Origin: Phoronis australis | Lineage: Eukaryota > Animalia > Phoronida | Direction: 5' to 3' | Assembly: GCA_002633005.1 (NCBI GenBank) | Contig: NMRA01000002.1 | Span: 2,800,687-2,864,686 of the forward strand | DNA length: 64,000 bases | Shown here: positions 52,547 to 64,000 of the stretch, piece after piece | How positions within the stretch are numbered: position 1 is the stretch's first letter | How the letters are laid out: each line of letters begins with the position of its first letter | Made by a program: the position numbers and the translations under genes | The notes under the pieces: generated by a model | What the model saw: only the letters and a program-made list of their open reading frames with translations | The model's database searches: none | What the model was told of the DNA's origin: nothing

Positions 52547-53809
52547 TTGTCACAGAAAGGGTTTGGCCCCTCCTTCCTTGAGGATGCCTTGAGAACTTTA
52601 TTTATCTGTCCATCATAAATTCTTTTTTGTGTTCATATCACTTGAGACAATTTTAGGATTATGAATATTCCAGTTGTTGGTTTTATAGCATGAACATTCC
52701 TGGATGGCTCATGACAGGGTCTTCATTTTATTACATTGTTGTGGAAAGTTTATGTAAAAGTTTTATTTATTATATGTCTTTCAGAAGCTTGTATTAAAAT
52801 GTTCTATATATCATACTTGTCATCAATACATTTTTGAAATGATGTTTGTTTATCTTTGATTTTTACTTAATGTAATTGAGTGACAAAGTTAAGCCGGTTG
52901 CAAACAGCATGATTGTTAAAAACAATATCACAAATAATATTAATAATTTGCTCAACCAATTATCAAGTTTCAACTTTCCTGATGAAAAATCTTTAAAATG
53001 ATACCTTATTTGTTTTTTTTCCTGGAGTAATTGTTGTTTTATGAAAATTCGAAATCGCAAAATTGTACGTAGTGACTTCTCTTTGTCGGCTGTGTTGACT
53101 TTAAGGTCAATATCTTCGCACAGGAACGTCTAATTGAAATGGTTTTTTGGCAAATTATTCATCATAAAAAGTTCTTGAAAATGATGTATTACATGTCTAT
53201 TTGCGTTTCTTAGTTTTGAAATAATAATATTTTGAACTCGCAGATTCGATTTGACAGAATTTTTACCAAAAATTTTTGACACGAAAATGACATTTTCTCC
53301 GGAACCATAAGTCCAATTTAAAAAATTTTACTATCGTTATTTTAGTCTCGAAAAGAGCTTTCTAATGATGTATATTACATGCACATTTTCTAAAATTTTT
53401 GAAAAATGCTGTTCTCCCTACAAGGGTTACAGAGCATTCAATTTTGTTTCAGAGAACTGGATAGGAAAGTCGTTTTTATTGTATCTGTTAATTGGCAAAA
53501 ACCAGGTTTGGTGTCATTTTAACCGTGGCTAATTAAACTATCAGTTACATTAGTATGTGTACCTGCTAATGTCTTAAGTTGGACTACAGTTTTTGGAGGC
53601 AGGCAGGAACCTTTAAGTTGTTCTACATTGAACAAATACTCCGGTTCTCTTGCAATCAACATTTTTTGGAATAGTCCTTCATTCTATCTAGGAAATTAAA
53701 AACTGGTTTCCATTAGAAATAATGCACTCGAGGTGGAAATGTACGTACCGAGAGATCACTGTCTGCCTAGACAGTGGCATCGTGTCAATTGGCCACAGTA
53801 GAGATGTTG

Positions 53810-54095
53810 GCTATCCCATGGGCCCTTCAGATGCTGGAAGCTCCTCAGCGAATTATGCCTTACACTGATAAAGCCATCAATGTCACACTGCTATAAGTAC
53901 CTTTTGCGCATAGAGGGAACCTCTTCCCGTGTATGGATGACCACCGTCTTTACTGCCAGTTGAGACGGTAGTACTGTTTACCATCTTGCTAGACAGTACC
54001 ACTGTTTCAGCTAGCCCCACTAGAGAGGGTGGCCATCCCATGGGGCCGCCATACACCGAAAGCTTTTTGGCAAATTATGCCTCACACTGATTGGA
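53810..54095 (+). mobile_element. Degraded fragments related to the TIR of the 48273-49203 element
   Basis: gcgaattatgcct.acact...taaagc...taccttttgc.catagag and gaagct/aaagcttttt.gc.aattatgcctcacact occur twice. Confidence 0.65.
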
Positions 54096-54140
54096 CCATT
54101 GTTGCGGTAAGAACATTTTCCACACAGAGACACATCTTAA

Positions 54141-54726
54141 CCCTTATCCTGCGCTAGGCGAGGTCAGCCGACATGCCAATTATCCTATTAAAATGCGTTG
54201 GGTGTACTCAATCGACTATAATAAGTTACAGCTGGGCTGCGCTAGGAGAGTGCACTCACCCCAGGACACTAGTGATTTTCATTCAGAAATTGTAAGAGCC
54301 CTGGAATGTTGTTCAGATACGTGACCACCAGCATTCCATACTTCACAGTTTCCTCTACAGTTCTCCAATTTAAACCATATGGCTGTGATTACTAGTTTCG
54401 GAGATATTGGCAGGTTTATGTAAGTGTAGACACATAGTTTCATTCATGGCTGGAGTCATACGGGAGAGGATGACAGTGGATCAGTTTGCTTTCACCAAGG
54501 CTATGATAAAGACTTACACATGGTGAAAATCTCCATTAAATTCTGCACAAGTTTTGTATTGACTTCCTTTCTGTTAATTTAATATTTCCCCTTCAAATTT
54601 CCAATTTAAAATTGTTAGGTCATTAGTCTGGGTGACCTCCATAACAGCTTAGTGCACAGCAGTAGTGGTGACTTACTTAGCTCAGCACACAGGGAAAGTC
54701 TGAATAGAGGCTCAGCAGGATAAGGG
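54141..54726. mobile_element. piggyBac-type MITE (586 bp)
   Basis: TTAA|CCCTTATCCTGC ... GCAGGATAAGGG|TTAA: perfect 12-bp TIR and TTAA TSD. Confidence 0.85.
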
Positions 54727-54751
54727 TTAAAGGAGACTGTCGGCATCTTTA

Positions 54752-55210
54752 GGGCCTTTCATACTAACGTCGACGTGTCGATGGTTTGAGGAGTTGCGGT
54801 CAGTATGAACGCTTAACTCCAGTCCTGGATCGCAGTTAACAGCTCCAGTTAACATCGCAGTTAACAGGTGGATTTAAGACTGCAGCGTCGACGCTGCGGT
54901 GCCACTGTTATCGTCAACAGTTACAGAGTAGTGCTGTCACTAATAACTACTTATTTTTTGCTCTAATGATAACCAATTGATTTAAAAATGAGTTTAATGT
55001 CATTTAGCACATTTAAATATTCCTAAATTGTCACATTGAAATAAATCTTAGCGTGCAGCGCTACCTTGCGATAACTTCGATGACGTCAGTGTCACCAACC
55101 CTTTACTTCGATGGTCATTAACTACTGAAGCCAGTATGAACGGTCCAGTTAACTGCGCTGTTTACGTCGACGCTCCGCTCAGACCGGAGTTAAGTCAATA
55201 TGAAAGGGCC
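54752..55210. mobile_element. PIF/Harbinger-type MITE (~460 bp)
   Basis: TIRs GGGCCTTTCATACTAAC / GTCAATATGAAAGGGCC; TTA on the left flank; internal repeated CAGTATGAACG, CGTCGACG and CAGTTAAC. Confidence 0.7.
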
Positions 55211-56841
55211 TTTTAACTCTTCCCAGCTCAAACAGATGCTCCCGTAATCAAACTTTTTGGGCAGTCATTCATTCAGTTGCCCTGGCCATTTTTACACCGC
55301 TAGCTCCACAAATGGAACCGTGCTAAGTTAGTTTAGATTTCATTTTGTTATTTTATAGTGATTCGCATTACAGCTTTGTTCCAAGGTAATGGGATTGGAT
55401 TTACTTTAATTGCAAAAGCGCCAAAACAAGCCAAAGTTTACTAACAAGTAAACTCTGAGTTTATTGGGCTTTCTGGTTTCCAAAGTTATCTCCCCTGCTC
55501 TCGGCGATAACTACCTGTTATCGATGAGAAACAGCAAACATCATACAGGGTTCAGACCTGTTTGTCATTAACTGTCTATGCCATAACTTATACATCTTCA
55601 ATGCACTAATATTGTTCATAAAATATCTTGATACATTTCGGTTGGTCATGTCTTTGTCCATCTTTGTGCGGTAATGCTCTTAGAACAACGAGCATGTGTA
55701 ACTGATGCCCTCGTGGTGGGCATTGGTACTGTTATAAGGTTAAAGGTTGGTGGATATAGACCAAGAGATTTTAGAACTGTTGTTGCTACATCATCTCTTC
55801 AAAGTGGTTCTACTTGAGCAATGGCCGGATAACTGAAGGTTTTGGCATCGGGGATTGACTGCCTTAATTTTGACGGCGGTGTTTTATACAAATTTAGTTT
55901 ATCTCATTCTTAGAGAGTGGGCACAATGAAAACAAACCCAGTGGTAACTAGAATTTCAGAACTTTTAGTAATTAGGGACTCTTTCTTTATAAACCCCCAT
56001 AACACAAATTGGAAGTGATTTGTACAGTAAAGTCTCCTCAAACTTGAACAAAAGTAGTGGCCAAAATTGTCTTTTTTTTAAAATAATGCTCATTGTATTG
56101 CCAAAAATGTTCAAAATTGAACTGCGTTTGTTTGCTGATGACAGCCGTATTATATTAATAGTTTTCAAAGAATCACGCAAAATTGTCTTCTTGTGTGTGC
56201 ACTGTTCTGCCATATTGAGTTCCAATTTGAAGAAACTTAGCAGCAGTCTTAGGGTTTTCAGGGAATACTAGTATGAATAAAATGGACAATATGTTATCCC
56301 CGAGTTTAATACGCTAGTCAGTCAAAAGACCAAAAAATCGAAACCAAATATCTGGATTCGTAGGCAAGCTTGTATTTTAGTAAGAACGTCAGCTTTGATT
56401 ACAAAAGAGTTCTACGGAGCAATAGTCGGATAAATGTGCCCACTTTTTGAGAACCTGTTTGATGTTCGTTACAGTGGAGAAAACTGGTTCTCAATATGCG
56501 GACGCATTATATCTGACTGTTACTGCACTAGGCTACACTGAATGTCAGCCAGACCTCTTCAAGCTGTAATTGATAACCAGCTATTGTTTGTTAATTCTCT
56601 TGTTCATTATGTTTCAACTGACTTCCTTCAACACAGGTCGTGAATTCACACCCGATCTGTGCTACATCTGAAGACCCCATGATTTAGCCAATGATAAAAA
56701 GGCAAAACGTTGCATTTTACCTTTGAATGTCTTCGTTACTGTGACTACTTTTAAGTTCTCAGTCTCTGTTCATCGTTCAAGTTTTCCCTTCAAATTTTTT
56801 AATTCTTGCTGTTTATGAATTTTGCTTTTTATTTCAGAATC

Positions 56842-57171
56842 ATGAAGCTACAGATATTGCTGTTCATCATTATAGTAATAAACTCATCACATTGCCGACC
56901 AACTTCGAAAGATAGTCTTATCAAGACACAGGGACTCTTTACAAAACTTGGACACTTTATTTCACACCATCCCTACCATGTGAGAAATGGAGGACATGGG
57001 AGATTATTCCAGTGGTCATGCACAGCGTGTAAGTTCATAGTGGGACTGCTCCAGGATCTAGTTCAGCTCAACAAGAGCGAGACGGAGATTATTCACTTGA
57101 TTCAAGAAGTGTGCGTCAAGTTGGAAATTGAAGATAGGCGGGTATGCGATGACCTATGCGTGGAGTTTAAG
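56842..57171 (+). CDS. SMPD1: Acid sphingomyelinase-like, first coding exon (signal peptide + saposin B domain)
   Basis: MKLQILLFIIIVINSSHC signal peptide; saposin pattern SCTACKFIV...EVCVKLEIEDRRVCDDLCVEFK; tttcag acceptor just before the ATG (implies an upstream UTR exon); AAG|GTAAAA donor. Confidence 0.9.
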
Positions 57172-58537
57172 GTAAAAAATTGTTTCTTGTGAAATCAGGA
57201 GAGTTCTATCGCCACGTGTAATCCGTGATGGCCCTAAAGATGTTGATTTCATTTTTTTGTCCTTTTTGTGGACGGAAACGATACTTCCAGGGGCAGATCC
57301 AGGATTTTGAGTTGGGGGGCAGGGCACAAGAATAACCAGAATTTCGGCAGATGCGCATGCCCAGCCTAAAATGTTGGGATGCAGGGGTCTCGAATTTTTG
57401 GGTTTGCGCACCTTTTGACCAAAGAAAAATAAAAAAGGTAAACCGGTGTTTGTTGTTCAGGGCCTATGCATTGTTTATTCACCTCCCGTCAGCCCCCTGG
57501 TTGCATGCATGTGCTAGTCAGCAATTTGCACCCAATCTGCCTAATGGTATCTGGTAGAATTTTTGGGGGGTCATGGCCCCCTTGCCCNGCTAGTAGTATT
57601 ACTGTGTCCAGCATACATTTCCTGAAGTGAAGATCTTCATAATTAGCTTTATGGAAAATAACAACAATAAGGGATTCTGATCTTCAATTTTCAAATATAC
57701 AAGTGTCCTTTGTCACTGAACATAAAATATTATACCTGCCTTCAATTTCCATATGTCTATTGATGGAGGATAAATAGTATTTTGATATTGAAAATTTTAG
57801 ATTAGAATACCTTTTTTTTTCTTTATTGCCAGAACTTGTAATGGCATCCAGTATTGTGGATCGGGATTACCTTGTTTGCTTAAAAATTTATCTCGTTTTT
57901 GGCATGGTTATAAGTACACAAACATGTAAAACGGCGTGGGAATTATCACTTGTGAATGGGCGCAATTTCTCAAAACACAATATGTATTTTGATAGTAGCT
58001 GTCATATCTTTTATATTAAAAAATAAATTATTTCACTTATCAGCCGTACTGTGACAGGACTAAGTCATGTTTTACTCTAAACAAACACCTGGAAATGAAG
58101 ATGCGCCAAGTTTGTTACAGCTAGGAAGAATTTTGATGTATTGATCCAATCTTTGAGTTGCAAGTACAGTAAAACTCACATAAGGTAGAAATTCGTAAGT
58201 CGGATTTTCGATCACTCATACAAAGTCCCGAGGTATGGTTGTTCTAGTTTGTGCATTCGTCCCTTCAGAAAAGTCAAAATTTTGCCTTGCTCAAATGTAA
58301 TCTCTCACTCCCTTTATGCGAGTTTTATATACTTTTCAGTTTATTAGTAATAATGCTAAAAGTGATTCGGTCCTTGAATGAAAAAATAAAAATATGATAT
58401 TATTTTGCATACTCAACATGACCCCGCTGCTGGAAGATTTCCTTGACTTTTGTTTTTTCGTAGCATATATATGTTAATAAGATTAAATGTCATGTTTAAT
58501 GATAATTTTGTGATGTTTACTTTGTTTTCGGATACAG

Positions 58538-58702
58538 GAAGAGGTGTTCACAGTGTTTGAGAAAGTCGCTCTCAGTCCGGACGAAGTGTGTGGATTAGTA
58601 TTTGGCAACTCCTGTGGTCATAAGTATGACCCTTTTAGTGACTGGAACGTGACCTTCCCCAAGAAACCTAAACCTCCACCGCAACCACCCAAACCACCGC
58701 AG
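58538..58702 (+). CDS. SMPD1: Acid sphingomyelinase-like, second coding exon (end of saposin + proline-rich linker)
   Basis: EEVFTVFEKVALSPDEVCGLVFGNSCGHKYDPFSDWNVTFPKKPKPPPQPPKPPQ resembles the ASM LSP.E.CGL..G..CGH...WN...P..PKPPP signature; atacag acceptor, CAG|GTATAG donor; the metallophosphoesterase exons lie beyond the window. Confidence 0.92.
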
Positions 58703-58914
58703 GTATAGTTCTGCCCACTTGCATAACCCTGACCAGTAGATTCTCTGTTATTCACTATTCTGTTCTGTCTTGTTATTAAACCTGTAATAACGTCCTCTTC
58801 TATCAAAAAATGTTATTTGTAGTCAGACCACATATTATAATTGTAAAATTGGTCCCAAAATTGTCTTCTTGTGATGGCAATTCTATATTTGGACCAGAGC
58901 AATAATAGAAAAAT

Positions 58915-60431
58915 GAGTACGGTAAAGTCGCGTGATTTTCGGACACTGAAAATTAATTCCAAGAGAAAAAAATCATTCTTGGACGAATCTCGCGAAATAT
59001 CATTTTGTGGTGTCCGAATTTGGCGGACCTCCAAATTTGGGTTTCCGCTAGTGTCCGAATTTCGTGGGTGTACATTATTTCGATGAGCGGTCGTAGTATC
59101 AACAATGCTGGCTCGGTCATTTGATAGCAGTATAATTGCAGGTAAATGAGACTCAAATGGTCTGAGCGATTAATTTTTGAAAATCTGGCTTTCCCAATAA
59201 GAAATGTGCGTCGTCGACGCACAAAGACCGTTCCCAACAAGTGTTGGTTCTTCTTTTCAAAGATGTGCTTTCTCAATATGAAATATTCGGCTTGCATTGC
59301 CGATGCTCAAAAACCGTTCTCGGCAAGAGACGGAATCTTTTCAAAACTGCGCTATCTCACTTGAAATATCGGCCGGGCTGCGTTGTGAAGAGTCTTCCTG
59401 GTGACAAATATGGGCTTTTCAATGAGTGGGTCTGGTTTGCGTTGTTGACGCACATGAAACGTTACAGACAACCGATTCTCTTTTGTAAAAATGCGTTTTC
59501 TCAATAAAAAATGTCGAGTTTGCGCCGTCAACGCATGGTTTCCCAATAAAAAGCTGGACTTGCGTATTCGGCGCACAAAGAGGGTTCCCGACCATCAAAA
59601 CATGCGCTTTCTCAATGTTAACGAATTTTGCATTAAACGTAACAGTAATGGATGTGGGAACGAGTTCAGTGAAGAAAGTAACGAACAATGACAAGAACAT
59701 ACTAATCATAGCATATATTTATGTTTGTTAGACGTATCCATGCATTGTCTGCTGGTTACAAACCGAAACGCAAGTTAACTCTGACACGTTTATTTCCATC
59801 TGAAAGCTCAGTTTCAACATAAAAACTTTGATTGAACAATTACCCAAAACATATTAAAAAGACAATCATGATAATAAACCGAGTAGTTTCTCATCGACTC
59901 GTGATCCCCATTTGTCGTCCTGGTAGTCGTCTGAATTGTTGAAGAAGCGCTGTCGTGCTACATGTTTAGGCCTATTGCAAACGATGGGAATGCGTTGACT
60001 AGTACAGTGCTGCGCGGCTGAAGACACGATTAACTAACATATTGTATATATAAGGGCGTTGACTAGAAAGCAAATGCAATTTCAAATGCTACCAACATCA
60101 AATTCACCCAACCGTTTTTTTTTTTACAATTAAAACTTTTCTCATCCACAGCCTTTGAAACGCCTGATATTAACTCAGTGATACACTGGCGCGTCTTCAT
60201 GCAACTGAGGTGACCTAACATATCTGAGTTCGCTTACGTTTTCAACCACAGTGAAAACTCTGACTTGTGAAATCTGTTTGTGGATGAAATGAAACTGATA
60301 ATCGTTAGCATTTTCTGATAATCTGCGAGGAAGATAACAGGGCCATTTCTTCTGGTCGTCACCAGTTTAGCGCCGTCCACGGTCATCACCAATTTCGCGC
60401 AGCTCAGTCTCCCTCAGTTACTACTAATTTA
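58915..60431 (+). repeat. ~1.5-kb young repeat, copy 1 (SMPD1 intron)
   Basis: Near-identical to 62265-63773; flanks differ. Confidence 0.95.
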
Positions 60432-60685
60432 ATTTTGTACTGGGGTACTTCATGATTTAGGTAGAGAATTGAATTGCGAATTCACAGTTCATAACATTCG
60501 AGTTTGCAACTTTAATCTAACAGTCATCAATTTTTCTCACTATCACTTTGTTCAGTATGGCAAATGATAGATCGCGTAAAACGAGCCACAAAGCCGTGAC
60601 ATTCTATTTCTGCAGTCGAGACATTACAACTGCTTCATGACTTCTTTCATAACAGCCGGACTCTGACTGTAGTGAGGCATATGTC

Positions 60686-60780
60686 ATTTTTTTTTTTTTT
60701 TAATAATTGCAGGCAGTCTGATACACGTTGTACCAGAAGTGCACAGGCCTCGCATGTGGGCCCATTGCACTGATCACCTG
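60686..60780 (-). mobile_element. Short polyadenylated LINE 3'-end related to the element at 22010-22480
   Basis: Long T run (poly-A on minus strand), then tgcagg..gtctgat and GGGCCCATTGCAC shared with 22010-22075. Confidence 0.55.
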
Positions 60781-60837
60781 GAAATATTTTTATGCTTTAT
60801 TAATATATGGTTAAAACCGAGCTGAGGAGCTAGAAAC

Positions 60838-60929
60838 CTGGCTCAAGGGCTTAGCAGTGTCACCTGGTGGGACTCGAACTCACGATCTCGAGTAAAGAAA
60901 GCGGGCACTTCTCAACCAGGCCACACTGC
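60838..60929 (-). mobile_element. tRNA-derived SINE head
   Basis: Minus strand reads TGGCCTGGTTGAG (A box) ... GTTCGAGTCC (B box) ... CCCTTGAGCCAGG (core-like SINE motif). Confidence 0.7.
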
Positions 60930-61512
60930 ATACGCCATGATTTATTCACTAACTCAGGCCCGCCTTACGTTACAAGTGAGATTGCTCATTTCAGGTCAAA
61001 GTAAATGTCGTTCAGAATAATTTGGCTCTCCTCATTTATCTCATGAGAATGGTGAAGTCACTTATGGACAACAACTCTCTCTACTTGGAAAAATACGTAA
61101 GTTGTTNTTCCGAATCGATGAATGCGGTATATCTGTGAGAGTTAAATCGAATCCTATTCAGATCATAACTTTGAAGTGGAATAGTTCGGTGAGTACAACA
61201 GCAAGTCGGTTTTATGCTTAGGCGGACGACCATTGGGTTCCCGAGTATACATGTGCTGCAATATAAAAAGATTCGTCTCATTGAGAGTCATTGAGACAAA
61301 CATGGTGGTGTGTATTACATAGATTTTGGATCGATTTCTACAGAGGTATTGCTGTTTAAATGTGTTGTTATAGCATATCTATAACAGGCTCATCATGTTT
61401 GATGAAAACAATGGATTACACAGCTTAAAAGGTAAAGAGCAAAGACACCACATCAGCTCAGAAATAAATACATCTGAGCTAGGAGGAAATTTCACATCAA
61501 ATCACAACATCA

Positions 61513-61678
61513 CATTGGTGGATTTGGGGGGGGGGCAAGGGGGCCTGGCCCGTGGCCCCTCTAAAACTCCCATATTTCATTTGGCAGTTTGAGGGTGCAA
61601 ATATCTTACGGGTAAAATCCTGCGTAATACTCTGCCTTAAACCCCCCCTCCTATCTAAAAATCCTAGATCTTTCCCTG
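61513..61678 (+). mobile_element. Diverged copy of the 2222-2377 MITE family
   Basis: Collinear similarity (ggatt..ggggg..caagggggcc...catttggcagtt..gggtgc.aat...tactctgc...tagatc...ccctg); no clear TSD. Confidence 0.65.
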
Positions 61679-62264
61679 AATACTACTACATGGGCAACAC
61701 ATCATTGCCTGACAGTGACAGGGGACTGGGGGAGGCTATAGATAGTCCCCTACTTTTTTTAGTGCTGGGTGCCACCCATGTACTATTAGATCGTATCATG
61801 GCAAAAAACATTAGAAAGTAGACAAAAGACCATTTGGGAAAACAAATCACTCTTAACATGAAGGATTTCATCATTTACGCAACAAAAACTTTGTAACAAC
61901 TTTATTTCGAGCGGTGATGAAGTTGCGATGCCATTGAACTTCAACGTAGCCGCTGGTGGCGCTGACATGCGGCGACTAAGTGAACTAAGGACTGCTGTTT
62001 GAAAAGTGCCAATGCGCAGCAGTTTGGCAGAATTTCTGAAAATTAAATAATTACCAATTACAAGAGTGATAAATTCCTCATCTAAAAATCGGGGGGGCAT
62101 ATTGCGCAACTGGAAAAACATCAATCTCCCGACCGACCAAAATTAGGCCTTCCGGACGATCGAAAACTCGCCATGAAAACTTGGCCTTGACTTGGAGAAA
62201 ACAACTCGATGAGATGCGCACGCATCTAAACTACATCCTGTCCAAATTTCATGTTTGTATTTGA

Positions 62265-63773
62265 GAGTACGGTAAAGTCGCGTGATTTTCGGACACTGAA
62301 AATTAATTCCAAGAGAAAAAAATCATTCTTGGACGAATCTCGCGAAATATCATTTTGTGGTGTCCGAATTTGGCGGACCTCCAAATTTGGGTTTCCGCTA
62401 GTGTCCGAATTTCGTGGGTGTACATTATTTCGATGAGCGGTCGTAGTATCAACAATGCTGGCTCGGTCATTTGATAGCAGTATAATTGCAGGTAAATGGG
62501 ACTCAAATGGTCTGAGCGATTAATTTTTGAAAATCTGGCTTTCCCAATAAGAAATGTGCGTCGTCGACGCACAAAGACCGTTCCCAACAAGTGTTGGTTC
62601 TTCTTTTCAAAGATGTGCTTTCTCAATATGAAATATTCGGCTTGCATTGCCGATGCTCAAAAACCGTTCTCGGCAAGAGACGGAATCTTTTCAAAACTGC
62701 GCTATCTCACTTGAAATATCGGCCGGGCTGCGTTGTGAAGAGTCTTCCTGGTGACAAATATGGGCTTTTCAATGAGTGGGTCTGGTTTGCGTTGTTGACG
62801 CACATGAAACGTTACAGACAACCGATTCTCTTTTGTAAAAATGCGTTTTCTCAATAAAAAATGTCGAGTTTGCGCTGTCAACGCATGGTTTCCCAATAAA
62901 AAGCTGGACTTGCGTATTCGGCGCACAAAGAGGGTTCCCGACCATCAAAACATGCGCTTTCTCAATTTTAACGAATTTTGCATTAAACGTAACAGTAATG
63001 GATGTGGGAACGAGTTCAGTGAAGAAAGTGACGAACAATGACAAGAACATAGCATATATTTATGTTTGTTAAACGTATCCATGCATTGTCTGCTGGTTAC
63101 AAACCGAAACGCAAGTTAACTCTGACACGTTTATTTCCATATTATCTGAAAGCTCAGTTTCAACATAAAAACTTTGATTGAACAATTACCCAAAACAGAT
63201 TAAAAAGACAATCATGATAATAAAACGAGTAGTTTCTCATCTACTCGTGATCCCCATTTGTCGTCCTGGTAGTCGTCTGAATTGTTGAAGAAGCGCTGTC
63301 GTTCTACATGTTTAGGCCTACTGCAAACGATGGGAATGCGTCGACTAGTACAGTGCTGCGCGGCTGAAGACACGATTAACTAACATATTGTATATATAAG
63401 GGCGTTGACTAGAAAGCAAATGCAATTTCAAATGCTACCAACATCAAATTCACCCAACCGTTTTTTTACAATTAAAACCTTTCTCATCCACAGCCTTTGA
63501 AACGCCCGATATTAACTCAGTGATACACTGGCGCGTCTTCATGCAACTGAGGTGACCTAACACATCTGGGTTCGCTTACGTTTTCAACCACAGTGAAAAC
63601 TCTGACTTGTGAAATCTGTTTGTGGATGAAATGAAACTGATAATCGTTAGCATTTTCTGATAATCTGCGAGGAAGATAACAGGGCCGTTTCTTCTGGTCG
63701 TCACCAGTTTAGCGCCGTCCACGGTCATCACCAATTTCGCGCAGCTCAGTCTCCCTCAGTCACTACTAATTTA
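62265..63773 (+). repeat. ~1.5-kb young repeat, copy 2
   Basis: Near-identical to 58915-60431; both start GAGTACGGTAAAGTCGCG. Confidence 0.95.
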
Positions 63774-64000
63774 CGCCGCCACCCCTCCCCCCCCCTCGGC
63801 CTCCTGCTGCACACCAATGTCGATTTTGTGCCACTAATTCTAAGGGAGTCTGCTTGGTGCAACCCCCTGCCAAGACCGTTGTTGCGCACGTTGATACAAT
63901 AGGCTACTGGGCAGATCACGACTGTTAGGAGAATCGACTAGTGACGACCTGAAAAGAAAAACGAAAGCACTCAATTTGGGACAGGTGAACTCATGAAGGA

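Noticed and set aside
58813-63050. Many overlapping duplicated ORFs on both strands
   Set aside because: They arise from the 1.5-kb non-coding repeat; no transposase or other motif.

Overview
Eukaryotic (animal) genomic DNA: AT-rich, intron-rich and dense in repeats, most consistent with a heterozygous marine invertebrate (inference only). Two protein-coding genes can be rebuilt by hand from splice signals and frame continuity. (1) A complete minus-strand ARHGAP18/28/40-family (Drosophila conundrum-like) RhoGAP: 16 core coding exons from ATG 33422 to TGA 10235, about 651 aa, with candidate alternative first exons near 36.7-37.0 kb and a candidate 33-nt micro-exon. (2) The first two coding exons of a plus-strand acid sphingomyelinase (SMPD1-like; signal peptide, saposin B domain, proline-rich linker) at 56842-58702, continuing past the window. 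The rest is mostly non-autonomous DNA transposons (P-like, hAT-like, piggyBac, Harbinger, Kolobok-like, an AcademH-like element with a 9-bp TSD, Helentron-type elements carrying CTCF-like motif arrays) and LINE, Penelope and SINE relics. A 2.9/3.9-kb tandem 'duplication' joined at an N is probably two uncollapsed haplotypes. I found no prokaryote-type system, CRISPR array or intact transposase; most ORFs in the supplied track are spurious. The best leads are regulatory or TE-related, not a new protein system.
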